NCBI GenBank assembly: GCA_937884705.1
Contig: CAKZYL010000458.1
Span: 1 to 55,299, forward strand
Length of the DNA stretch: 55,299 nucleotides
From: an uncultured Roseovarius sp.
Lineage (GTDB): Bacteria; Pseudomonadota; Alphaproteobacteria; Rhodobacterales; Rhodobacteraceae
Reading direction: 5' to 3'
In this document: positions 25,982-35,208 of the stretch, piece after piece
Layout of the letters: each line of letters starts with the position of its first letter
Numbering within the stretch: the first letter of the stretch is position 1
Program-made: the position numbers and the translations under genes
Notes under the pieces: model-generated
What the model saw: only the letters and a program-made list of their open reading frames with translations
Database searches by the model: none
What the model was told of the DNA's origin: nothing

Positions 25982-28663
25982 GTGGCCAGAACTCACGAGT
26001 TAATCTACTCATTGAACGCAGGCGGTGTTGATCCGGAGGCTTTGAGCCGGATCGATCTTGAGCGCATGCGTTTGGCCGGTGAGCATCCAGTTGATAACTG
26101 GTTTCCCAAGGTATTGGGGCCAATGACGTTGCGTCCAGGATTGGAGCAACTGAGCACAATCGCCAATCAAACGCGCAAATTCGCATTCCAACGCTCGATC
26201 GACACCAAGTTCCTACTGTTGATGTCAGCCAACGAAATGCGGATCCTGTCCGACGGTGTTGTCGTTCAGATACCATCTGTATCGAGCACGATCAGTACCA
26301 GTTCATGGACTGATGAAAGCGGGGGATCTGCATCAGCGTCGGGGGGCGCAACGCTATCGTTTACAGCTACACAAACAGACTCCGCACGTCTGAGACAGGC
26401 TGTGACGATAGCGTCTGCCGACCAGCTTATAGAAAACATCCTCAGGATTGTTGTCTCACGTGGGCCTCTGATACTGCGCATCGGCACAACAGCAGGTGGC
26501 CAGGACATTCAGTCAGATACGTCTTTGTTGACTGGAACGCACAAAATCTCTGTCACGCCAAATGCCGGGACGGTTTACATCGAGTTGCGTTCTGATGATC
26601 CAGTAACACGATCTGTTGGTCAGATTGATTTCGAGGCCAATCTCGCTAGCGGAGATCTAGTGTTGCCGACGCCCTGGAGTTGGGCGCAAATACTACGATT
26701 GCGGAAGTGGCAATCGATTGATGTCTTGTTCATGGGTGACGGATCTCAGCAACAACGACGCATTGAAAACCGTAACCTCAACGAAAAATCGTGGTCAGTC
26801 GTACTCTATGAGCCAAGTAATGGGCCATACTCGCTGCCGGGCGGCAACATCACAATGACGCCTTCGGCGCTGACCGGGAATATCTCGATCACCGCGAGTG
26901 AGGCTTACTTTCAATCTGGCCATGTTGGAACGCAGATTGAGCTGACGCAGACCGGGAAAACCGTTTCTCAGACTCTCAACGGAGAAGACCAGGCAACCGA
27001 TTTCATCACTGTGACGGGCATTGATGCACAACGCGTTTTCTTCAGAACCGCAACAGGCGCCAGCTTTGTCGGAACGCTAACACTTCAGCGGTCAGTTGAG
27101 ATCGATGATCCGGTGTCTTGGTCAGATGTTGAATCTTACCTTAACGGTGCAGCAACATTCGCCCGAACCACGTACGATGATGGTCAGGACAATCTCACCG
27201 CGCACTATAGATTTGCTATCAAGTCCGGCGATTACACATCCGGATCTGTTGCCGTTGAGCTGGAGTTTGAGAACCAGACAACGGTAGGCCAGGCACTCAT
27301 CACCGGATACACAAGCGAAACTATAGTCAGCGCTGAAGTACGGACAAACTTCGGTGCAACAGATGCCACCAGGAATTGGCGCATTGGATCATGGTCTGAT
27401 GTCGCGGGATGGCCTCGGACTCCCATCATTCACGACGATCGCATGCACTGGTTTGATGACGATGGTCGGGACTATGCTTCTGAGGTCGATGATTACACAG
27501 ATTTTGACGATACGCTGGAAGGGGATTCAGCGCCATTTGTGAGGACCGTTCAAGGCGGCAAGCTGGAAGGCGTGCAATGGGCACAATCCGAAGAGCGCCT
27601 TGTTGTCGGAACGACCGGATTTGAGGCTATCATTCAGGCCAACGAGTTTGACGGCGCTTTAACCCGCACAGACTTTACTTCGCGGAAGTTCTCTCGACGC
27701 GGTTGTGCTGATGTCGATTCCATCGTGCATCATGCCGGTATCTTCTATGCACAGAGGTCTGGAAAGCGCCTCTACGAAGCGTCAATTCCATCATCGCAAT
27801 CCAGCTATCGCAGTCAAAACATTTCCCGGCTCAATCCAACGGCTTGCGCTGCTGGCATCAAGCGTATGGCAATCCAGGAGCAGCCAGAAACACGAGCCTA
27901 TGTCGTGCTTGATGATGGCGGCATGGTGGTTTTGACATACGAACCAGATGATGAGGTTATCGCCTTCACAACTGTCACCACGCCAGGCGGTCTATTTGAA
28001 GATGTTGAGGTGTTAGTTGGCTCGGATCAGGATGAGGTTCATGTCACTGTGAACTTCTCGGGCACACGGCAGTTGCAGAGATTTGCAGGTGAGGCAGATC
28101 AAGAAAGCGTCTCCACTTATTCAGGTCTCGACTGTCATAAGGTGCTCACCGGAACAATAAGTTCAATCACGGGGGCTACCCATCTCGCCGGCCAAACCGT
28201 GCAAGTCTGGGCAGATGGTCAACATCGTGCTGACGTCGTCTTGGATGGATCTGGAAACGGCACCTTGGACGGCACTTATAGTCGGGTTGTCTACGGCAAG
28301 AACTACGATGCTAACTCAAAGTCTGCGAAACTGGCATACGCCGCTCAGCTTGGAACCGCGATAGGTCAGGAAAAGATCGTTCGCCATATGGCATTGTTGT
28401 TGTCCAAGTCGTGTGTTGATGGCCTAACATTCGGGACCGACGAGAATAGTCTGGAGCCTATACCTGATAACATCAGGGGCGTGGAGCGAACGGCTGGGCA
28501 GTTCTTCACTCACCTAGACTTTGAACTTGTTCCCGTCGCTGGTGAATTCGATACGGATACTCGGATTTACATCAACACCAAAAGCCAATCAGGGCCGTGT
28601 ACCGTGCAGGCCGTGGTGTTAGATATCGAAGCCCCTGAAAATTATAGTGATCCTAGGAGATAG
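25982..28663 (+). CDS. Tail nozzle (tail tubular protein B-like)
   Basis: LNAGG...NWFP...GPMTLRPG start, QSIDV, WS-x3-GWP; 893 aa, beta-rich. Confidence 0.82.
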   Translation: MARTHELIYSLNAGGVDPEALSRIDLERMRLAGEHPVDNWFPKVLGPMTLRPGLEQLSTIANQTRKFAFQRSIDTKFLLLMSANEMRILSDGVVVQIPSVSSTISTSSWTDESGGSASASGGATLSFTATQTDSARLRQAVTIASADQLIENILRIVVSRGPLILRIGTTAGGQDIQSDTSLLTGTHKISVTPNAGTVYIELRSDDPVTRSVGQIDFEANLASGDLVLPTPWSWAQILRLRKWQSIDVLFMGDGSQQQRRIENRNLNEKSWSVVLYEPSNGPYSLPGGNITMTPSALTGNISITASEAYFQSGHVGTQIELTQTGKTVSQTLNGEDQATDFITVTGIDAQRVFFRTATGASFVGTLTLQRSVEIDDPVSWSDVESYLNGAATFARTTYDDGQDNLTAHYRFAIKSGDYTSGSVAVELEFENQTTVGQALITGYTSETIVSAEVRTNFGATDATRNWRIGSWSDVAGWPRTPIIHDDRMHWFDDDGRDYASEVDDYTDFDDTLEGDSAPFVRTVQGGKLEGVQWAQSEERLVVGTTGFEAIIQANEFDGALTRTDFTSRKFSRRGCADVDSIVHHAGIFYAQRSGKRLYEASIPSSQSSYRSQNISRLNPTACAAGIKRMAIQEQPETRAYVVLDDGGMVVLTYEPDDEVIAFTTVTTPGGLFEDVEVLVGSDQDEVHVTVNFSGTRQLQRFAGEADQESVSTYSGLDCHKVLTGTISSITGATHLAGQTVQVWADGQHRADVVLDGSGNGTLDGTYSRVVYGKNYDANSKSAKLAYAAQLGTAIGQEKIVRHMALLLSKSCVDGLTFGTDENSLEPIPDNIRGVERTAGQFFTHLDFELVPVAGEFDTDTRIYINTKSQSGPCTVQAVVLDIEAPENYSDPRR

Positions 28664-28665
28664 AG

Positions 28666-29448
28666 TTGCCAACACAGGATTTGGTACAATCACTGTTCGA
28701 TTATGAAAGTGAGACAGGACATCTGAGGTGGTCAAAAAACCGTGTCGGTCGGGCAGAAGCGGGCTGTAGAGCCGGAACGTGTGTTAGGGGCACGCGCGTA
28801 GTATGTGTACACAAAAAACAATACACAGTTCGACAGATTGTTTGGCTCTACCACCGAGGCACCATGCCTACATCTAAGATTTATCCAATCAATGGGTGTG
28901 CGAATGATACCAGGATTGAAAATCTCACCCTGGCAAAAGATCAGCATTGGATCGACGCTGAGCGATTGCGGCATCTGCTAAGCTATGAACAAGACACTGG
29001 TCATTTTCGTTGGAAAAATGGCCGAGGGCCGCGCGCCAAGACGGGAACCATAGCTGGCCGTAACCGGTTTGGATACAATCAAATCCACGTCTGTGGTCGA
29101 CGTTATCCGGCGCACAGGCTGGCTTGGTTATATATGACTGGTGAGTGGCCGCAGAATGATATCGACCACATCAACCGTAATAGATCTGACAATCGGTGGT
29201 GCAACCTGCGAGAAGCAACGCGTTCGCAAAACAACATGAACCGAGGACCAACAAAGGCTAACAAGAGTGGTTTCAAGGGTGTTAGCTGGAGCAAATGTAA
29301 CAGCAAGTGGATTGCCCGGATTAAGGTGGGTAAAAAATATAAACACCTTGGTTGCTTTACAAGCAAAGAAGACGCAGCAAATGCGTACAATAGGGCTAGC
29401 GAAATCGTGCACGGTGATTTCGGGTACAGCAATCCGGTAGTTGGATGA
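28666..29448 (+). CDS. HNH-AP2 endonuclease with an extra degenerate N-terminal HNH copy
   Basis: First copy IYPINGCANDTRIENL lacks the DH pair; second copy IDHINRNRSDNRWCNLR is intact. Confidence 0.85.
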   Translation: MPTQDLVQSLFDYESETGHLRWSKNRVGRAEAGCRAGTCVRGTRVVCVHKKQYTVRQIVWLYHRGTMPTSKIYPINGCANDTRIENLTLAKDQHWIDAERLRHLLSYEQDTGHFRWKNGRGPRAKTGTIAGRNRFGYNQIHVCGRRYPAHRLAWLYMTGEWPQNDIDHINRNRSDNRWCNLREATRSQNNMNRGPTKANKSGFKGVSWSKCNSKWIARIKVGKKYKHLGCFTSKEDAANAYNRASEIVHGDFGYSNPVVG

Positions 29449-29810
29449 CAGTGCTTCGCAAAGCAACAAATGATGATTGGCATAAGTTCTTTGGAATGCC
29501 TGCATTCGTTCCATGGCAAGGCTACGTTGCCGAAGATCGGCGCATGATCCTTGGGATTGGTGGCATATTCATGCCGAATGATGGCCGTTGGCATGCATTC
29601 CTGAAGAAGGCTCCAGGTGTTCGTGCAGTTCTCACTACATATAAAGCTGCCAAGCTCACTCTCGATGATGCTGAGCAGCAAGGATTGACTGTCTACGCAA
29701 TGCCAGATGATGGCATTTCCAGTGCTTGTGCGTTTCTGAAGCGTTTCGGATTTGTTGAGACTGAAGAGATGATCGACGGTCTGACTTACTGGAAGAGAAT
29801 ATCTGAATAA
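29445..29810 (+). CDS. GNAT-like protein at the T7 gp13-equivalent position
   Basis: ILGIGG, AFLKRFGF; lies between nozzle and ejection genes. Confidence 0.6.
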   Translation: MTVLRKATNDDWHKFFGMPAFVPWQGYVAEDRRMILGIGGIFMPNDGRWHAFLKKAPGVRAVLTTYKAAKLTLDDAEQQGLTVYAMPDDGISSACAFLKRFGFVETEEMIDGLTYWKRISE

Positions 29811-30364
29811 TGGATCCATTCACGCTTGCTGCCGTGTCAGCTGTTGCCACTGCTGGAACCACAATCCTCGGCGCACAATCTGAAGCCAACGTCCTAGAGC
29901 AACAAGCTGAGGACGAACAGCAGCGCGCAGAGATACAGGCAGCTAACGCTGAGAAACAGGCATTGGAAGAGCGTGTTGTTGGCCAGCAGAAGGCCGGCAA
30001 CCGGCGACGTGAGGCCAAGCTTGCAAAATCACGCCTCATTGCAGAAGCTGGCGCGTCAGGGGCGAGCGCGTCAGACAAGACTGTCCTTGATATCTGGGGG
30101 GATATTGACGCCGAGGGCCGGTTCAATGCCGATCAGGAAGCCGCTGCCGCTGATCAGAAGGCAAAGGGGATCACTTATCAGGCCAGCCTTGATCGATGGA
30201 CAGCAGATCGTAACGCAGCAATCAAACGGTCATCTGCCAAGACAACCAGAATCGGCGGCTTCGGCGAAGCGATTGGCCAAAGTTTTGGGATGATGAGTCG
30301 TTATGGGGGATTCAGCCCGTCATCCACGATTGACGGTTGGAAGCCAACGGTGACCTACGGCTAA
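29810..30364 (+). CDS. Small internal virion (ejection) protein
   Basis: MDP plus hydrophobic N-terminus, Ala/Gln helical body, AGASGA. Confidence 0.72.
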   Translation: MDPFTLAAVSAVATAGTTILGAQSEANVLEQQAEDEQQRAEIQAANAEKQALEERVVGQQKAGNRRREAKLAKSRLIAEAGASGASASDKTVLDIWGDIDAEGRFNADQEAAAADQKAKGITYQASLDRWTADRNAAIKRSSAKTTRIGGFGEAIGQSFGMMSRYGGFSPSSTIDGWKPTVTYG

Positions 30365-32487
30365 TGGCACGTACTCCTCAAGGTTCAGACTTGATGCGCG
30401 ACCCGAAGGCCGCGGCTACTCCAGCCGTGCGCGCAAGGGCTGTTGATTACTCTCCACAGCTGCAAGCAACTCGCTCGCTGCAGCGCGCAGGGAATTCGGT
30501 TTCCAAGGGCTTTGAGATCGCCGCGCAGAAAGCGCAGGAATACGAGGATCATGAAACCAAACTCAAACTTGCTGAGTTCCGCCTGCAAACCGAACGTGAT
30601 CTGGAAGACCATCGAAAGACTATGGCTCCAGGGGCAGCAGGCTGGGAGTCAGGATGGCAGAAGGCCTATACTAAGCGCGCAGACAAGTTCATAAAAGCGC
30701 TGCCCGCTGCTCAGAGGCAGAACGCACATGCGGCATTAACACGACAGTATGAGAGGCTTGGCAGTCGAGCGAACTCACTTGCTCGCGGTGAGGCCCGCCG
30801 GTTTACGCTGGAGCGCCTAGAAGGAACTTTGACCGGATTCACAGAGAGGGTCGATCGCGATCCATCATCTCTGAATGAAAGCCGGCAAGAAGCACGCAGA
30901 CTGGTCGAGAGTGCCGATCTCTCACTGGCTCAGAGAAAGGTCCTGCTCAAGCGAACGCGTCAGCAACTGGATCGGACAGCTCTAACTGCGAAACTTGCCT
31001 CTGCAAAAGATATCGGATCTCTCAATGCCTTGGATCAGGAGCTTGCTGGGAGCAAAGACGCCAAGCGTTACGATGGACCTTACAAATACTTAAGCGTGGC
31101 GCAGCGGCGGTCTGTACGAGGACAGATCGAAACGCAGAAAAAGAGGATTATCCGCGAGGTTCGCAAAGAGATATCAAATGTGGAAAGCGCGGCAGTAAAC
31201 GGTGTCGCACCGAAAGAAGGCGAGCGTGCGAGGATTGACCAGTTAGTGGAGTCGACTGGCGATCCTAAGCTGAAGCGAGAGCTTTCTAGTGCTTTGAAGA
31301 CGGCGGAGCGGATGAAGTCTCTATACCGACTTCCAGACACTGCAGTTGCTGCGGCTGCTACTCGACTTCGCGCTGATCTTACCAATAATGGTGGAACGGC
31401 TGCCCAGGACAAATATGTTCGGAAAATTGAAGCGCTGGCCCGAAATATGAAGACGGCCCTAAAAAACGACCGTCTTCAATGGGCTTGGAAGACCGGCACC
31501 GTCCCCATCGAGAGGTTGGTGCTTGACGATCCGAGGTCTATGGCATTGCGCTATGAGCAATCTCACCAAGCCGCTCGCATCTTTGTAGAAGGCAAGGTCA
31601 ACGATCCCGCTGATATGAACCAGCACGAGTTGGACGCTGGAGCTGCAGAGCCCCCTCCCGCAAAAGACGTCATATACTTCCTGAATGCTGAGCGTGACGT
31701 GATAGCCTCCGATCTGGAGTCTGGTCGAAGGTCTGTCACTAAGACGGCCGCACTTCTTGTGCGTGCTTGGGGGCCAAAGGCTGCACAACAGGAGATGAGC
31801 CGTCTCGTTGATAAAGCACCAGGGGCCGCGCTAATCGGCACGTATGTTACGAATTTTGGAGAAAACGCGCCACTCGCGAAGGACTATGAAGCTGGTTTGC
31901 GGCTCAAGCAAACGGAAGGCTTCAAGTCACGACTCGGTTCGGTTGTTGAGATCCGCGGCGCGGTTGCGGACGCGGTCGATGCAAAAGCATTCGCGCTAAA
32001 TCCGCAGGGCCTTACCGCTTTGCGCAATGCTGCCAATGTTATCTATGAGCAACAAGCCACGCGAGAGGGCCTGATCGAGTTTGAGAGCAATCGTTACGAG
32101 AAGATAGTCCGAGAACTCATAGGTGAAAACAAAATTGGCGGCGTGACTTATGGTGGGATTGCGGACGGCGATCCCGGCTGGTGGGGATCCTTTCCAACTT
32201 TTGTTCCGCACGATGTGCGCCAAGATAGTTTTGATGATCTGAGGGAAGAAATAAAGATTGAAGATCTTCCGTCACATCCAAGAGAAGGTGGCCGAAACGT
32301 TACCAAAGGTGAGTTCGAGTCTGCGATTTGGGTAAGCCAAGGAATGGATCGTTATCTATTGGCAGCCGATGTAGGCGATGAAGGCCTCAAGGCTTACACG
32401 GATCATGATGGCCGACCCTACATCATCGACTTTGGATCACTGCGCGGAAGACTAAAAGAACGTCGTCGAGATCTGTTTGCCCCATAG
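30364..32487 (+). CDS. Internal virion (ejection) protein
   Basis: Long helical Ala/Arg-rich protein; TAATG coupling gives start 30364. Confidence 0.68.
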   Translation: MARTPQGSDLMRDPKAAATPAVRARAVDYSPQLQATRSLQRAGNSVSKGFEIAAQKAQEYEDHETKLKLAEFRLQTERDLEDHRKTMAPGAAGWESGWQKAYTKRADKFIKALPAAQRQNAHAALTRQYERLGSRANSLARGEARRFTLERLEGTLTGFTERVDRDPSSLNESRQEARRLVESADLSLAQRKVLLKRTRQQLDRTALTAKLASAKDIGSLNALDQELAGSKDAKRYDGPYKYLSVAQRRSVRGQIETQKKRIIREVRKEISNVESAAVNGVAPKEGERARIDQLVESTGDPKLKRELSSALKTAERMKSLYRLPDTAVAAAATRLRADLTNNGGTAAQDKYVRKIEALARNMKTALKNDRLQWAWKTGTVPIERLVLDDPRSMALRYEQSHQAARIFVEGKVNDPADMNQHELDAGAAEPPPAKDVIYFLNAERDVIASDLESGRRSVTKTAALLVRAWGPKAAQQEMSRLVDKAPGAALIGTYVTNFGENAPLAKDYEAGLRLKQTEGFKSRLGSVVEIRGAVADAVDAKAFALNPQGLTALRNAANVIYEQQATREGLIEFESNRYEKIVRELIGENKIGGVTYGGIADGDPGWWGSFPTFVPHDVRQDSFDDLREEIKIEDLPSHPREGGRNVTKGEFESAIWVSQGMDRYLLAADVGDEGLKAYTDHDGRPYIIDFGSLRGRLKERRRDLFAP

Positions 32488-32581
32488 CAATAAGGAGTTA
32501 TCGTGATGGAAGGTAGGATGACTGGAACATTAACAGCTTCGGATGTGGCTGCGGTGGCCTTTGCTGGAGCGTCTCAATTCC

Positions 32582-32848
32582 TCACTCATCAAGTCGATTG
32601 CGAACAAGTGCAAAGAATTCCTCCGAAATGCGTGCAACCCGATCGACGGCATTATCGGCAGTGGTTTGATCCGCGCCAGATATTTCAACTTTTGAGAGTG
32701 CTTCCGAAATGAGCTTAGCAAAGTTATCGAAAGACCCAACTGGATCATTATTTTTCTTGAACTGAATTTCGTACAGCAGTGAAACAAGCTGTCTCATCAC
32801 GGCAGACTCAGCCTCAAGCTCCAGTATTTTCTCTTCAATGTCATTCAT
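32582..32848 (-). CDS. Hypothetical protein
   Basis: Follows the RHH gene on the same strand. Confidence 0.55.
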   Translation of the reverse strand: MNDIEEKILELEAESAVMRQLVSLLYEIQFKKNNDPVGSFDNFAKLISEALSKVEISGADQTTADNAVDRVARISEEFFALVRNRLDE

Positions 32849-32855
32849 GAATTAC

Positions 32856-33191
32856 TCACTTCTTCAGAGCGGATCTTTTAACAATAGATCTCTGAACACG
32901 TGTGACTTTAGAGGGTGGAGCAGGGATCTTTGGACGAGAATCAGAGTCAAATGGCGGTGGCTCACCGGCGCCACTACCAGTTCCGTAAAACACCTGTCGT
33001 CGTTTGCGAACCGCTTCAGCTAAACGCTCAGGGTCCAGGAAATCAGCCTCGTCCAACTGATCCACATGAGCCTGCAGAACAATTGCAATGTATGAAGCCA
33101 GGCTGCGGTCATCGGCTTCCGCAAGCATCTTCAGCGAGTCAAGCAGTTGATCAGGCAGCCGCACAGTAGTTTGTGAGTTTTTCTTCTCCAT
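32856..33191 (-). CDS. Arc/ribbon-helix-helix regulator
   Basis: QTTVRLPDQLLDSLKMLAEADDRSLASYIAIVL. Confidence 0.8.
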   Translation of the reverse strand: MEKKNSQTTVRLPDQLLDSLKMLAEADDRSLASYIAIVLQAHVDQLDEADFLDPERLAEAVRKRRQVFYGTGSGAGEPPPFDSDSRPKIPAPPSKVTRVQRSIVKRSALKK

Positions 33192-33195
33192 AGAG

Positions 33196-33244
33196 TGCAT
33201 TTGACTTCATATGAATTGACATGCAATCGAAACCGTGAACACAT
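33196..33244 (+). promoter_or_regulatory. Divergent promoter with palindromic operator
   Basis: TGCAT-TTGAC-TTCATATGAA-TTGAC-ATGCA (33196-33225) overlapping TTGACA at 33216-33221. Confidence 0.6.
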
Positions 33245-33289
33245 ACCGGAGTGGATGAAGTCATTATGTACTCGGTATGGAGTTGCGTT

Positions 33290-33526
33290 ATGCCAAGACC
33301 AGTCAGGCGATCGAAGTCGGGCAACATAAAGAAAACTGATCGAGGGACGAAACAGCTGCATGTTTTACTCAGAGTTCAGAGCTTAGAAGCGCAGGCAAAT
33401 GTTCTGAGGATTATGTCGCTGAGCCCAGCGGTGAATGAGAACATCAAACCAATTTTAGTCTTCTTCGCAGAGTCAATCGACGCTGACTGTGAGTACATCC
33501 GCGATTGCCATTGGAAAGACCTCTAA
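33290..33526 (+). CDS. Hypothetical protein
   Basis: GGAG RBS before ATG at 33290. Confidence 0.5.
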   Translation: MPRPVRRSKSGNIKKTDRGTKQLHVLLRVQSLEAQANVLRIMSLSPAVNENIKPILVFFAESIDADCEYIRDCHWKDL

Positions 33527-33546
33527 CTCATCTCAGTGACGATGAA

Positions 33547-33665
33547 TACTTTCAGGAGATATTGGCAGTTTCCTCGGCAGGGCTCCGCTTCGTTCGGCGT
33601 GGCACGGCGAGGTGAGGCAGGGCACGGCTCCGCTTGGCACGGATTTCAGACTATCTCTTTCAGTA
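33547..33665 (+). ncRNA. Candidate guide RNA: (G/C)GY-NN pentamer array in a closing stem
   Basis: 13 in-register pentamers at 33576-33640; GAGATA/TATCTC (33556-33561/33652-33657) and TACT/AGTA flanks; intergenic. Confidence 0.7.
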
Positions 33666-33675
33666 GGAGCGTAAA

Positions 33676-34281
33676 ATGCAAATCATGACAGCAAAGTTCA
33701 GTGGTTCGAAGCCGCTTCTCATGTCAAATGAGCAGATGGCCAATCCGCTCAGTAAGGCGTCACAGCGATTAAAAGAAATCACGCAGAAGAGAAACAAGAC
33801 TGAGGATGATTACTGGGAATGTGCCCGAAGGGAATTTGACGGAGGCATGTACTTTGACGATGCACTCGGTCCGATCATACCTAGTCGCATTCTTCGAGCC
33901 GCTCTGATCGCTGGCGCCAAAAAACTGAAGCTAGGTCCCAAGGTCACAGAAGGTGTCACGTTTGTCGATCTGGAATACAAGCTGCTGTACACCGGTCCGC
34001 GCGATAAAGATGGCTTATGGAAGAAGGGTTTCTACGATCAACGAATGGTCGGCAATCAACGAGCCCGTGTTCTTCGCACCCGACCGATGTTCAAGGACTG
34101 GGCTGTCGAGTTCCAGATCATCTTCGACCCGACAATGATCGATGAGCGCAACATAACTGACGTCCTCAGGCGTGCTGAGACATTGGGCATCGGTGACTAC
34201 CGGCCCTTGTTCGGCACGTATCAATCGAAGGTTCTCGGCGTTGCTCAATGGCAAATCGATCTACCGGAGGCCGCAGAGTGA
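33676..34281 (+). CDS. Stand-alone RAMP/Cas7-like protein
   Basis: N-terminal strand plus PLLM, PIIPSRILRAAL, RTRP-x-F-x2-W, C-terminal Gly-rich loop LGIGDYRPLFGTY; AGGAG RBS. Confidence 0.68.
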   Translation: MQIMTAKFSGSKPLLMSNEQMANPLSKASQRLKEITQKRNKTEDDYWECARREFDGGMYFDDALGPIIPSRILRAALIAGAKKLKLGPKVTEGVTFVDLEYKLLYTGPRDKDGLWKKGFYDQRMVGNQRARVLRTRPMFKDWAVEFQIIFDPTMIDERNITDVLRRAETLGIGDYRPLFGTYQSKVLGVAQWQIDLPEAAE

Positions 34282-34763
34282 AAGAGCCGCGCAATTTCTT
34301 CTCGCACGATCCAAACATCGGCGAGCCCTGGCAAATAGCGGTTCAGGGCTTAGTAGAGATGGATCTTACGCCCGGAGACATCGTCCAACAACGTGAGATC
34401 ACGGCACTTCTTGGCATGATCGACGAGGATGAAATCACGGACGCCGCAGAGTTCAAGCGCTTCACGATGGCTCGTTGGCCACAAGTGGAAAAGCTTATTG
34501 AAGGTTTTGAAGACGAGACTGGTCTCACACTCATGGCAAATCACCGAGGCGCGTATCTGGTCATTGAGCCAGAAGAAGTCGCGCAAGTTGTCATGGAAGC
34601 AACGGGCCGGAAGCTGCACCGCCTTCTCAAGTGGGCCACTGGAAAGTTGAATCGAGCCAGCAACGAACGTGCATCAGCAGAAGAACTGCAACGTCGTTCT
34701 GATGCAGTTGTCCATCTTCAATCGCTCCGGCAACAGGCTAAGCGAGCAAGGGCAAAAGGTTAG
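34278..34763 (+). CDS. Partner protein coupled to the RAMP-like gene
   Basis: GTGA start/stop overlap; possible winged-helix region followed by basic helices. Confidence 0.65.
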   Translation: MKEPRNFFSHDPNIGEPWQIAVQGLVEMDLTPGDIVQQREITALLGMIDEDEITDAAEFKRFTMARWPQVEKLIEGFEDETGLTLMANHRGAYLVIEPEEVAQVVMEATGRKLHRLLKWATGKLNRASNERASAEELQRRSDAVVHLQSLRQQAKRARAKG

Positions 34764-34981
34764 TTCCGACCTCTTCGGCCGGAACTGGGCCATTCGAAAG
34801 CTAAAGGCATGAGAGTAGCCAGCAACATCATTGAGATCTTAATAATTCCGGGCTCTACCCAGTATGCAATGGCGACTGCGATTGCGATTACCAGTGCCAC
34901 AAGAGTGTTATTGAGGCGTGGATGTTCAGTTTTGAATTCGTAGTGGCTGACGGGAAGTTTCATGTGGATACCTCCTGGCAT
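34760..34981 (-). CDS. Small membrane protein
   Basis: Two hydrophobic helices. Confidence 0.45.
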   Translation of the reverse strand: MPGGIHMKLPVSHYEFKTEHPRLNNTLVALVIAIAVAIAYWVEPGIIKISMMLLATLMPLAFEWPSSGRRGRN

Positions 34982-34984
34982 AAA

Positions 34985-35197
34985 TCATGACGCATTACGG
35001 TAAGCTAGAACCCAACCATAACGCGCGCCCAAGAACGATGCGCCAAATATAAGCAAAGTAGCCAATTTGATAGACCCACCATCTGGCGTTGCTCCATCGA
35101 AGTAGAGCCAGAACAGAACGGCGACAGTAACAAGTAGCCCCGTGAGCATCAGGGCGAAACCAACGACTGCACCAAGAATCCCTAAAACAATTCGCAT
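34985..35197 (-). CDS. Small membrane protein
   Basis: Two hydrophobic helices; antisense to the late operon. Confidence 0.55.
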   Translation of the reverse strand: MRIVLGILGAVVGFALMLTGLLVTVAVLFWLYFDGATPDGGSIKLATLLIFGASFLGARYGWVLAYRNAS

Positions 35198-35208
35198 AAC
35201 TAGATCCT

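Noticed and set aside
33576-33640. Pentamer run as a CRISPR array or simple microsatellite
   Set aside because: There are no long repeats with unique spacers, and positions 4-5 vary while positions 1-3 are constrained.
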